From positions 16,306,001-16,370,000 of the forward strand of contig CATNEN010000001.1 of the NCBI GenBank assembly GCA_950097015.1: a stretch of DNA of 64,000 nucleotides, read 5' to 3'. This document shows, piece by piece, positions 24,733 through 37,500 of the stretch. The notes beneath the pieces are model-generated. The model made no database searches and had not been told where the DNA came from. It worked only from the letters and a program-made list of their open reading frames with translations. The DNA comes from Macrostomum hystrix. Its lineage: Eukaryota; Animalia; Platyhelminthes. Within the stretch, counting starts at the first letter, position 1. Every line of letters begins with the position of its first letter. Position numbers and translations under genes: made by a program.

Positions 24733-26345
24733 TATGGCGACTAGGCAAGAAAGCTTCAGGAAATCACAAAATTTTGATGTTTTTATTGACTTGTTTTACT
24801 TGCGACAACAGATTATTTGGTAGGTCGTGTCTAATTTGATTTTTATGAGTATATATTAGCACAAAAACAGCGGGCTTAAAAGCGCACAAATTCTAAAATA
24901 TATTCAGATAATCGATACAATTCAGAATATAAAAGCACACAACACACGAAAAATCTTGCATAGATTGGATCAAGTCATAAATTCAAACCAATTACGACAT
25001 GGATCATAGATGAAATCCGACGGTCGGACTGGAGATGTAACATTACTTAATTTAAATAGTGCCAAATGCGTGAGAAAATTTCCGATTTTAACTGTTTGTA
25101 CGAAGCATTAAAGTTACAATTTACTTCAAATATTCACTCGACTATGATTTGTAGGCTACTTTAAACTGAAGCCATCCTTAGAAATCCCAAATATATTCAT
25201 TTAATGCATTTTTATCAAATTCAAAGGTGAATACTGTGTATAATTTCCACTAATATTTCTCACGCCTTTGGACAATGACTTCAGACTGTTTTCATCGAAT
25301 GTTAGCAAAAATAGTAATCGTACTAACTAAAATTATTTTGTCTCATTTCACTTACATAGTCAAATTTAGACACTAACTATCAATTTGAATCAGCTAGATG
25401 CTAAGTATGAAAATTACTATTTTAAACTCTCGGTGTGCAAGCGGTCAAACAAAGTCTAGAGCATATAAACGAATTTATAGTTCTATAAAGGGAAAAATTA
25501 CGCTGTAGTACAAATTTATACATCTATAGTTGAGGCAGGAACAAAATTTATACTTTTAAATTAACTAACATAATATTAACAGTTTTCCTACGATTTTAAC
25601 CTGGCTTTTCACACTCCTTTTTATTTTCGTTAGCTAACTAGATACTATTGACCTGTTGACACCTATAGTTCGAAATTCTAAATTATTATTCTTCGCGATA
25701 AATACTCTATATTTCAATGCAGTCAATTTTCAAGGAATAATTTTTCAGGTCGCCTATATTTGACCAGTTAAGACTTGACGGAACATTATATATATAATAT
25801 ATTCGTTATCATTCTTATTGACTGAATATCTTTTCTTTTCATCAGCAATGCTTAGTATTTCGAGGTTAAGTTGTGCCTCATTTTGTAAATAATAATAAGC
25901 AACATGTTTAGCGTACCTGCAGTGCGCTAATTGTATTTTGGAAATATTTTGAGCTTATTGTAGTTGTAAGAGTACTTACTTAAACTAGCAGCCTTCTATA
26001 TACGAGTTGATTTTAGTTGATAGTCATTATCTAAATTTTTATGACTTCATATAAACTATAGATTACTCGCACACATGACATAACAATTAAAAAATGCTTT
26101 CTGCAAGGCTCTTTCTGAAAAATCAATAACATTGGAGCTAAGCTTTAAGGGAACAAAATGTGTAACTTTACTAATTATATACTAAAATGGATTTACTTTA
26201 AAACTAAAACGCCCAGTAATAGAAAACAAGGACCACAATATTGTACAGATGCACGATCATTTAACTGCCTGTTCGTCTTCATTAAATAAAATGAAAAATT
26301 TAATTTCAGTTCATTATCACACCAAAAGTGCCTTGCGACGCAAAT

Positions 26346-27509
26346 ATGACTCTTGACTCCGAACAGACGTGTTTGCAGACTACTGTAGAAGGGACCGACA
26401 GCGACTGCTATAATAATAGTCATCAGCAGCAGCAGCAGGAGCAGCACATCAAGCGGCCGATGAATCCGTTCATGGTTTGGGCGCAGACCCGGCGCAAAGC
26501 CATCGCGGCTGAGAATCCAAAGCTGCACAACTCGGACATCAGTCGGCAACTTGGCGAGGAGTGGCGCGCGCTGAACGACAAGGAGAAGCAGCCGTTTAGG
26601 TAATGGGGAGTGTGCCTGGCAATCATTGTTCATTTGAAAATAATAATTTAATAATTACCGATATTACCAAGCAGAGTTCATCGTTAGCCATTGAAACGCA
26701 TGAATATTTATTCACAGTATAGAACTATTAATCGATTAGCACTGCGCCTCAGTGCGGCCTTGTCAGGCCTTCAAAATTTATCAGCACGTCACCCGAATGT
26801 CTGCATCATCTCCGTCTTCGGGGGTCACCTATCTTTGTCTAGACGGACCTTCAATGGCTTCAACAGGTGGAAATAGGCCACTATGGATACCCTGACGCGA
26901 ATTTCTCAAGTTTCACTGATGAAGCATAAATATTAGGCACAGCTAAAACACATTTCACCATCGACTAAGTCCGTCAACCAATCAGTCACCACCCAACGCT
27001 GTTTGCATTCGGGCGCTGCCAAAAATGTTTCAGGGGGCCCCTTGGTATAAAACAGATATAAAATTAGTAACAAAACAACAGTTTAACGATCCTTCGCCCG
27101 CCACACCCGCTGTAGGGACGAAGCCAGCAGGCTGAAAAACGCTCACCGCCAGGCTCACCCGAACTACAAGTACAAGCCCAAGTGCAAGAAGCGACCAGCC
27201 AGCAGAGGCGACAGCGGCGACGACAGCGATCAGCACCAGCCCGCCAAGAGGCCGCCAGTGACGGAACTGGACGAGGTGGATCATTCCGGCGAGTTGCAGC
27301 TTCAACACGACCTACCGCAGCTGCAGCCGCCGCCACCACCGCCGCTGCTTCACACTTTCAACCAGGCAGCTCAGGACCTGCATGCTGAGATCCCGCTGCC
27401 GCCTCAGCAGCCGCAGCCGCAGCAGCAGCTCATCTATCAGGTGCCGCCTAGCTACAATCAGATAATATACGTAGATCAGAACCAATTAAACTACCTGCTA
27501 CAGCAACAA

Positions 27510-27544
<35 letters not shown>

Positions 27545-27809
27545 TTTCCTACCCCCAATGGAGGCGCATTCTCAAATTCAATACGACAGTGAGCTAGCGA
27601 CACTGCAGCAGCAGCAGCACCCTACTGATTACTTAGCTGCCTCAATTTACGGCCAACCCGACGGCTTCACAACACAATCAGCTGTAGATTATCAGCAGCA
27701 GCAGCAGCAGCAGCAGCAGCTGGAGGAGGCCCAGTACCTCTACCACCAGCATTCATTGGCTACAGCAGCAGCTGCTAGCGATGGTGCTTTAATGCTCTCA
27801 CAACTGTGA
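26346..27809 (+). CDS. Sox-family HMG-box transcription factor (SoxB-like), 2 exons, polyQ C-terminus
   Basis: Exons 26346-26599 and 27116-27809. HMG box [52 protein letters not shown]|[22 protein letters not shown], split by a phase-2 intron. Confidence 0.92.
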
Positions 27810-29631
27810 TGTTAAATATTTAATTGTCACCGCTTGTTGATCATAAATTTGTCTACGTAGCTGCTGTGCCTGCTGTGCAGTTGAATTCAGTTTTTATAAT
27901 AATTCATACAAAATTGTCATTTCATTTGACTGTTTTTACTGGTCTTCATTAAAACAGCTGATGTGTGAAAATACAGCTAAATCTCAGAACAATGGTTAAC
28001 AGCTTTTGTACTCAATTGTACCCACTACAATACCAAGTATAATGCTTGTACTTTTGCGTATTGGCTATTGTCTTTGCTGCGAGTTGTTGGTCCATTGTTG
28101 ACCGATTCAATGCCTTGCTGTGCTCGCCGATACAGCTGAGCAATGAGCAGTCATTCATTTCCTCACTGCCAAACAACTGTTTGTATTAATGTGTGCCTCA
28201 TATTCCTGACAATAATGAGCCGTCCATTTCACTATTTATAAGAAAGAAGTTTTGCACTTTCTCTTTGTTCTATAAGAGCAGTTGGATGTACTCAACGAAG
28301 CAACACACATTGGACCAGTGCTACGAGTTCGCTATGTACTATCCTGTAATTATGCCAATAATTTACCTGCAACATGCAGATAACCGATTGCTTGCTTGCA
28401 AAGTGGTGTTTTTTGTTATTGAATAATCTCAGTTTCTCTTTTTTTGCAGAACATGAATGACATGTGTTTTCTCATTTTCTCAATTCTTACTTTCTGTAAA
28501 TTTCCCTAAACTGATTTGATGCTCATTTCATGACTGCTCACACTAGACTAAAAGCAGTTTTTTCTCTTTGATATTCGTCCTATTGTGCGCTCAAACCTTT
28601 TTGGTCCCTCATCAAATTCATTAGATAACAAAATAGAAAATGTTGCAAGCAATATGAAACACTGCAGATTTGCTTCAGACTTTCCATGGCTTGAAAGCAA
28701 TGCATTTTTGTTTCCTTTTTATTGTGTTATTTCTGCCCAGACGGGGGGTGGCTTCTGCGAGAGTTTCTGCGACTTGTGAAGTGTAAAATTGTGTTAAGCA
28801 GCTTCTCATTGCTAGCCTGCTCAAGCTGCTAGAGTAGGTTCTGGGGCTTTAGCTATGCGGGCCGGGCCAGAAGAGTTTGAGTCGCTGGGCAGTGGGCAGG
28901 GCGGAGGGGGGCGGGTGCTGGAGGTCTCAACCTATGCAAGTTGCGGCCTGCCCGGGCACGATTTGCTGGCAGGCAGTGACGTGGGCGGCATCGCCTGCCT
29001 CACCCCTGAGCAGAACTTGCAGGGGCCTTAATTCTTTCGAATTCTGCCGGGGCCAATCTTGCGTGGAATGCCTTCTCAATTCTCGGATGCTTGAGTCAGC
29101 AATAGCCCTAGCTAACGAGTTAGTTGGGACAGACAAGGGCCTGCATGGCGCCATCACCCCCCGAGGCTCAACATTTGAGCACAGCTCAATTTGAATGCTG
29201 CACAGAAATATTCAGTATATACTCAAATCAGACACTTTTTCAAGCAAAAAAATCATTGCCTCGCTAGACAATTGATGCAAGCCTCCATCAATAATGAGTC
29301 CATAATGCCTTGTCGAATGTTGTACTTTCTATTGTTCTTAATTATGTCGCTACTCTTATTTTGCTTGTAGTTCCATTCAGTGCTTGCGCAGAAACCCTAT
29401 TGTTGTTTTACCTATATTAGATATAGAATTAGTGCCTTTGTCGGTACTGCAATGCGTGTCAATTTGGTTAAGTCTCAAAATCACTCGTCATTAGAATACA
29501 TGTACAGTAAAGAGGTAACTCATTAATATACAACAGCTGTCATATCATAACATTGATTGTGTTATCCCTTTGGAGCTTAAAACTATTTGCTTAAAAATCT
29601 AAGGATTTTGTGCTCATTTTTTGTTATGGCT

Positions 29632-31763
29632 GATCTGACAGTACCAGAGCCATGGGGATATGACAGTATCTGAGCAATGGGGATCTGACAGAACCTGAGC
29701 AATGGGGATCTGACAGAACTTGAGCAATGGGGATCTGACAGTATCTGAGCAATGGGGATCTGACAGTATCTGAGCAATGGGGATCTGACAGTATCTGAGC
29801 AATGGGGATCTGACAGTATCTGAGCAATGGGGATCTGACAGTATCTGAGCAATGAGGATCTGACAGTATCTGAGCAATGGGGATCTGACAGAACCTGAGC
29901 AATGGGGATCTGACAGTATCTGAGCAATGGGGATCTGACAGTACCTGAGCAATGGGGATCTGACAGTATCTGAGCAATGGGGATCTGACAGTATCTGAGC
30001 AATCGGGATCTGACAGTATCTGAGCAATGGGGATCTGACAGTATCTGAGCAATGGGGATCTGACAGTACCTGAGCAATGGGGATCTGACAGTATCTGAGC
30101 AATGGGGATCTGACAATATCTGAGCAATGGGGATCTGACAGTATCTGAGCAATGAGGATCTGACAGTATCTGAGCAATGGGGATCTGACAGAACCTGAGC
30201 AATGGGGATCTGACAGTATCTGAGCAATGGGGATCTGACAGTACCTGAGCAATGGGGATCTGACAGTATCTGAGCAATGGGGATCTGACAGTATCTGAGC
30301 AATCGGGATCTGACAGTATCTGAGCAATGAGGATCTGACAGTATCTGAGCAATGGGGATCTGACAGTACCTGAGCAATGGGGATCTGACAGTACCTGAGC
30401 AATGGGGATCTGACAGTATCTGAGCAATGGGGATCTGACAGTACCTGAGCAATGGGGATCTGACAGTATCTGAGCAATGGGGATCTGACAGTATCTGAGC
30501 AATCGGGATCTGACAGTATCTGAGCAATGGGGATCTGACAGTATCTGAGCAATGGGGATCTGACAGTATCTGAGCAATCGGGATCTGACAGTATCTGAGC
30601 AATGGGGATCTGACAGAACCTGAGCAATGGGGATCTGACAGTATCTGAGCAATCGGGATCTGACAGTATCTGAGCAATGGGGATCTGACAGTATCTGAGC
30701 AATGGGGATCTGACAGTATCTGAGCAATGGGGATCTGACAGTACCTGAGAAATGGGGATCTGACAGTATCTGAGCAATGAGGATCTGACAGAACCTGAGC
30801 AATGGGGATCTGACAGTATCTGAGCAATCGGGATCTGACAGTATCTGAGCAATGGGGATCTGACAGTATCTGAGCAATGGGGATCTGACAGTATCTGAGC
30901 AATGGGGATCTGACAGTATCTGAGCAATGAGGATCTGACAGTATCTGAGCAATGGGGATCTGACAGTATCTGAGCAATGAGGATCTGACAGTATCTGAGC
31001 AATGGGGATCTGACAGTACCTGAGCAATGGGGATCTGACAGTAACTGAGCAATGGGGATCTGACAGTATCTGAGCAATGAGGATCTGACAGTATCTGAGC
31101 AATGGGGATCTGACAGTATCTGAGCAATGGGGATCTGACAGTATCTGAGCAATGGGGATCTGACAGTATCTGAGCAATGGGGATCTGACAATATCTGAGC
31201 AATGGGGATCTGACAGTACCTGAGCAATGGGGATCTGACAGTATCTGAGCAATGGGGATCTGACAGTACCTGAGCAATGGGGATCTGACAGTATCTGAGC
31301 AATGGGGATCTGACAATATCTGAGCAATGGGGATCTGACAGTATCTGAGCAATGGGGATCTGACAATATCTGAGCAATGGGGATCTGACAGTATCTGAGC
31401 AATGGGGATCTGACAGTATCTGAGCAATGAGGATCTGACAGAACCTGAGCAATGGGGATCTGACAATATCTGAGCAATGGGGATCTGACAGTATCTGAGC
31501 AATGGGGATCTGACAGTATCTGAGCAATGGGGATCTGACAGTATCTGAGCAATGGGGATCTGACAGTATCTGAGCAATGGGGATCTGACAATATCTGAGC
31601 AATGGGGATCTGACAATATCTGAGCAATGGGGATCTGACAGTATCTGAGCAATGGGGATCTGACAGTACCTGAGCAATGGGGATCTGACAGTATCTGAGC
31701 AATGGGGATCTGACAATATCTGAGCAATGGGGATCTGACAGTACCTGAGCATTCGGGATCTGA
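29632..31763. repeat. 25-bp minisatellite (~85 copies)
   Basis: Unit TGAGCAATGGGGATCTGACAGTATC. Confidence 0.97.
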
Positions 31764-32347
31764 TGAAACAAAGTACAACAAATCCAAGACAGGATCTCAG
31801 TGTTAAACTTACTGGTGTCAGGCTACTATAACAATAAACAAGAATTAGAAATCAGCTAGCACATGTGATATTTGTATTTTTACTGCAATGTTTTTGCAGC
31901 GTAGAAATGAAATATAGAAAATGAATCAACCTGAAATAAAAATAAAATGAACCCGACGCACAACAAAGAACAGCTGCAGTCAGCCTCCAGAATTAACATG
32001 CTTTTTGGCCGCTGAAAATGAAACCCTGCCACGTACATTGTCGACAGTTGAACAATAGCTTTGTCAAACTGATTGCTTCGATTAATAAAATAATAAAAGC
32101 TGCCTGAGAGACTTAACAATGAAGCCAAAATGTCAATTGGTTATCAGTCATCGCAGCACAATTCTTTATATTAACGCTTTACATTCTATCAGGCATAAAA
32201 ATCAGCTGCAAATTTAGTGCATGCAGTGCAGTATGTCCTACTGACACTGGCAAGTAGTGCAGCGCGAATCTTAGGGCTGGAGAGAAAAATGTGGATAGAG
32301 AAGAACGGTGGGTAACTACTGACTAAACTTGAGTATCTAGTTGAATT

Positions 32348-34182
32348 TGAGGATCTGGGAGAGTGATTGATCGAGTCTGAGCATCTGGGAGAGTGACAGA
32401 TTGAGTCTGACCATCTGGGAGAGTGACAGATTGATTCTGAGGATCTGGGAGAGTGAGAGATTGAGTCTGACCATCTGGGAGAGTGACAGATTGAGTCTGA
32501 GGATCTGGGAGAGTGACAGATTGAGTCTGACCATCTGGGAAAGTGACAGATTGAGTCTGAGGATCTGGGAGAGTGACAGATTGAGTCTGACCATCTGGGA
32601 GAGTGACAGATTGAGTCTGAGGATCTGGGAGAGTGACAGATTGAGTCTGAGGATCTGGGAGAGTGACAGATTGAGTCTGACCATCTGGGAGAGTGACTGA
32701 GTCTGAGGATCTGGGAGAGTGACAGATTGAGTCTGACCATCTGGGAGAGTGACAGATTGAGTCTGAGGATCTGGGAGAGTGACAGATTGAGTCTGACCAT
32801 CTGGGAGAGTGACAGATTGAGTCTGAACATCTGGGAGAGTGACAGATTGAGTCTGAGGATCTGGGAGAGTGACAGATTGAGTCTGAGGATCTGGGAGAGT
32901 GACAGATTGAGTCTGAGCATCTGGGAGAGTGACAAATTGAGTCTGAGGATCTGGGAGAGTGACAGATTGAGTCTGAGGATCTGGGAGAGTGACAGATTGA
33001 GTCTGAGGATCTGGGAGAGTGACAGATTGAGTCTGAGGATCTGGGAGAGTGACAGATTGAGTCTGAGCATCTGGGAGAGTGACAGATTGAGTCTGAGGAT
33101 CTGGGAGAGTGACAGATTGAGTCTGAGGATCTGGGAGAGTGACAGATTGAGTCTGACCATCTGGGAGAGTGACTGAGTCTGAGGATCTGGGAGAGTGACA
33201 GATTGAGTCTGACCATCTGGGAGAGTGACTGAGTCTGAGGATCTGGGAGAGTGACAGATTGAGTCTGACCATCTGGGAGAGTGACAGATTGAGTCTGAAC
33301 ATCTGGGAGAGTGACAGATTGAGTCTGAGGATCTGGGAGAGTGACAGATTGAGTCTGAGGATCTGGGAGAGTGACAGATTGAGTCTGAGCATCTGGGAGA
33401 GTGACAAATTGAGTCTGAGGATCTGGGAGAGTGACAGATTGAGTCTGAGGATCTGGGAGAGTGACAGATTGAGTCTGAGGATCTGGGAGAGTGACAGATT
33501 GAGTCTGAGGATCTGGGAGAGTGACAGATTGAGTCTGAGCATCTGGGAGAGTGACAGATTGAGTCTGAGGATCTGGGAGAGTGACAGATTGAGTCTGAGG
33601 ATCTGGGAGAGTGACAGATTGAGTCTGACCATCTGGGAGAGTGACAGATTGAGTCTGAGCATCTGGGAGAGTGACAGATTGAGTCTGACCATCTGGGAGA
33701 GTGACAGATTGAGTCTGAGGATCTGGGAGAGTGACAGATTGAGTCTGAGGATCTGGGAGAGTGACAGATTGAGTCTAAGCATCTGGGAGAGTGACAGACT
33801 GAGTCTGAGGATCTGGGAGAGTGACAGATTGAGTCTGAGGATCTGGGAGAGTGACAGATTGAGTCTGAGCATCTGGGAGAGTGACAGATTGAGTCTGACC
33901 ATCTGGGAGAGTGACAGATTGAGTCTGAGGATCTGGGAGAGTGACAGATTGAGTCTGAGGATCTGGGAGAGTGACAGATTGAGTCTAAGCATCTGGGAGA
34001 GTGACAGACTGAGTCTGAGGATCTGGGAGAGTGACAGATTGAGTCTGAGGATCTGGGAGAGTGACAGATTGAGTCTGAGGATCTGGGAGAGTGACAGATT
34101 GAGTCTGACCATCTGGGAGAGTGACAGATTGAGTCTGAGGATCTGGGAGAGTGACAGATTGAGTCTGAGGATCAGGGAGTGA
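32348..34182. repeat. 30-bp minisatellite (~61 copies) downstream of the JmjC gene
   Basis: Unit GAGTGACAGATTGAGTCTGAGGATCTGGGA. Confidence 0.97.
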
Positions 34183-34556
34183 TAATAACACTAGAGGAAA
34201 CAAAAGCAGTGTCAGAAAATTCTAATAAGAACATGAGATTAATGTATCTTTTTACAACAACATAGTAACAAATGAATCGCAGGTAAATCACAACGACCAG
34301 GCAATAAACAAGTAATGCAACTATTAGCAGGGAAGGTTAATTGCTTCAAACAATGCGCTGATATTCTGTACACATGCGCATGTCTGAACAAGCAGGTATT
34401 GTACACAAGAATAATAATAATAAGGAAAAGAGAAGGAAATATTGCTGAGAATTAACTGATCAGTACTGTTGCAGTATTGAATACAGGCTATTTACAGTGC
34501 TGATAACAGAAAAAACTATGAAACATAAATTTTAGCACAACACTGAGCTCATTATT

Positions 34557-37500
34557 TTATCGCGAAGATTTAAACAAGCCGAGTTTTTTGCCTAGGCGTT
34601 GCTTAGCTGTGCTGGCATGATGCTGCTGCTGCTGCTGCTGCTGCACGCCTTTGATTCGCCCACTGACTGGCTTCGCTTTTGGTGCGGCCGACAGCGATTG
34701 CTTCGGCTGACGCATCTGACGGAGCTTGGCCTTCTCAGCTGGGGGCGAGGAATGAGGCGAGCCGACAATGTACCTCAGGAAAATAAGGCTAGCTCAGGAT
34801 GGCAGATTGGGCAGTTCAGGATGGCAGGTTGGGCAGTTCAGGATGGCAGGTTGGGCAGTTCAGGATGATAGATTGGGCAGTTCAGGATGGCAGATTGCGC
34901 AGTTCAGGATGGCAGATTGGGCAGTTCAGGATGGCAGGTTGGGCAGTTCAGGATGGCAGGTTGGGCAGTTCAGGATGGTAGATTGGGCAGTTCAGGATGG
35001 CAGGTTGGGCAGTTCAGGATGGTAGATTGGGCAGTTCAGGATGGCAGATTGGGCAGTTCAGGATGGCAGATTGGGCAGTTCAGGATGGCAGATGGGGTAG
35101 TTCAGGATAGTAGATTAGGCGGGTGATAAATAGGCGAATCAGTCTTAGCTAATAAGGTAAGGCTGAAGAGACACTCACAGTGGGTCTTAGGCTTCCAATT
35201 CTTGTCGCTGTGCTTAGCATCGTCACCGCTATCAACAGCCGGATAGTCTGCGTATAGAGTTCAGTAGGAGGCAATCACAGTTTAACTGTTATTGCTGACG
35301 AAACGTTGACAATGACCCAATATTAATGTAACTGACACACCATTGCTGTACCTGACACACCATTGCTGCACCTGACACACTATTGCTGTACCTGACACAC
35401 CATTGCTGCACCTGACACACCATTGCTGTACCTGACACACTATTTCTGTACCTGCCACACCATTGCTGTACCTGACACACCATTGCTGCACCTGACACAC
35501 TATTGCTGTACCTGACACACTATTGCTGCACCTGACACACCATTGCTGCACCTGACACACCATTGCTGTACCTGACACACAATTGCTGCACCTGACACAC
35601 CATTGCTGTACCTGACACACCATTGCTGTACCTGACACACTATTGCTGTACCTGACACACTATTGCTGCACCTGACACACTATTCCTGTACCTGACACAC
35701 CATTGCTGTACCTGACACACTATTGCTGCACCTGACACACTATTGCTGTACCTGACACACTATTGCTGCACCTGACACACCATTGCTGTACCTGACACAC
35801 TATTGCTGTACTGACACACCATTGCTGTACCTGACACACTATTGCTGCACCTGACACACCATTGCTGCACCTGACACACCATTGCTGTACCTGACACACT
35901 ATTGCTGCACCTGACACACCATTGCTGCACCTGACACACTATTGCTGCACCTGACACACTATTGCTGCACCTGACACACCATTGCTGTACCTGACACACC
36001 ATTGCTGCACCTGACACACCATTGCTGTACCTGACACACCATTGCTGCACCTGACACACTTTTGCTGCACCTGACACACCATTGCTGTACCTGACACACT
36101 ATTGCTGTACTGACACACTATTGCTGTACCTGACACACTATTGCTGCACCTGACACACTATTCCTGTACCTGACACACCATTGCTGTACCTGACACACTA
36201 TTGCTGCACCTGACACACTATTGCTGCACCTGACACACCATTGCTGTACCTGACACACTATTGCTGCACCTGACACGTCAACTCAAGTAAGTAACTCACA
36301 GAACTGCTCATCCTCCGTGCACTTAGCAACATCGATGCCTTCGTCGCTGACGCTGCTAGATGATTCCTCTCCGAGCTCCTCGCCTTTTTTCCTGCGCTTG
36401 CCACCACCTTCAATAGACGCCGTCTTGTTCTTCTGCTTCTTGTGCTTCTTCTCGCCCAGATCCGTTGCGCTGATTGGCTGACGATTGTCCGAGGCGCGCC
36501 TTGGACTCGAAGACGAGCCCGGGTCCACTTGCTCACTGTTGATAAAAATTCATCAAATCTCAACACGCTACTGATACTTAAGGAGTGAGTAGAAATACAA
36601 TAATTTTTTGCACTAATTTAAAAGTAACACTGGCTCAATTCAATTCAACTCAGCACTCACATGATATGTTTGACTATTTTTCTTCTACCTCTGGACTCTG
36701 GTTGGCGTTTAATCTTCAGCTTGATGCCTCCGCGACCTTGGCCATTTCCGGAGGCCTGCGTAAAAATAGTTTTATTATAGTGACACATGTTTTTAACAAG
36801 CCAGTCATTTTTGGTATGTAAACAAACCTTTCCACCAGAACTGTCGCCCCTCCTACGGCAATGTGCCCTGTAGAACTGTCCAATTAGCCTATCAAACTCT
36901 CTAAGCAGTACGCGAGGCGGTAGGCCCAGATTGTCTGGCACATAGTCCGCCTGGTAGGGACTGCCTCGCCTCTTGTCGTACCACCGAGTCAGGGCCTGTA
37001 CCAAGTAGCGCATGCTCTCAACGTGGCTGAACTCAGGCAGGGCCTGGTCGTCCATGTCGCCCTGGTACTGCTCCAGGAATAGCTGGGCCGCGTACCAATG
37101 CAGCTTTTCAAACATTGGAAATTGAAACCTGCGCTCAGTTGCCAGGCGTTGCTCCATCTCGTGGATGCTGCGGAACATTGGGCGGAGGAATACGTGTACG
37201 GGACGGAAGGCACAGAGGAACTGGAACTCAGTATAGAGGAGATGGAATTCAGTACAGAGGAACTGGAATTCAGTGCAGAGGAACTGGAATTCAGTACAGA
37301 GGAACTGGAATTCAGTACAGAGGAACTGGAATTCAGTACAGAGGAACTGGAATTCAGTACAGAGGAACTGGAATTCAGTACAGAGGAACTGGAATTCAGT
37401 ACAGAGGAACTGGAATTCAGTACAGAGGAACTGGAATTCAGTGCAGAGGAACTGGAATTCAGTGCAGAGGAACTGGAATTCAGTACAGAGGAACTGGAAT

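Noticed and set aside
28585-29194. Short ORFs in a GC-rich patch downstream of Sox
   Set aside because: No recognisable motif or convincing exon structure.
29583-34203. 700-aa and 590-aa ORFs, superficially Cys/His-rich or LRR-like
   Set aside because: Open in several frames across 25- and 30-bp arrays, with no codon-position constraint on variants.
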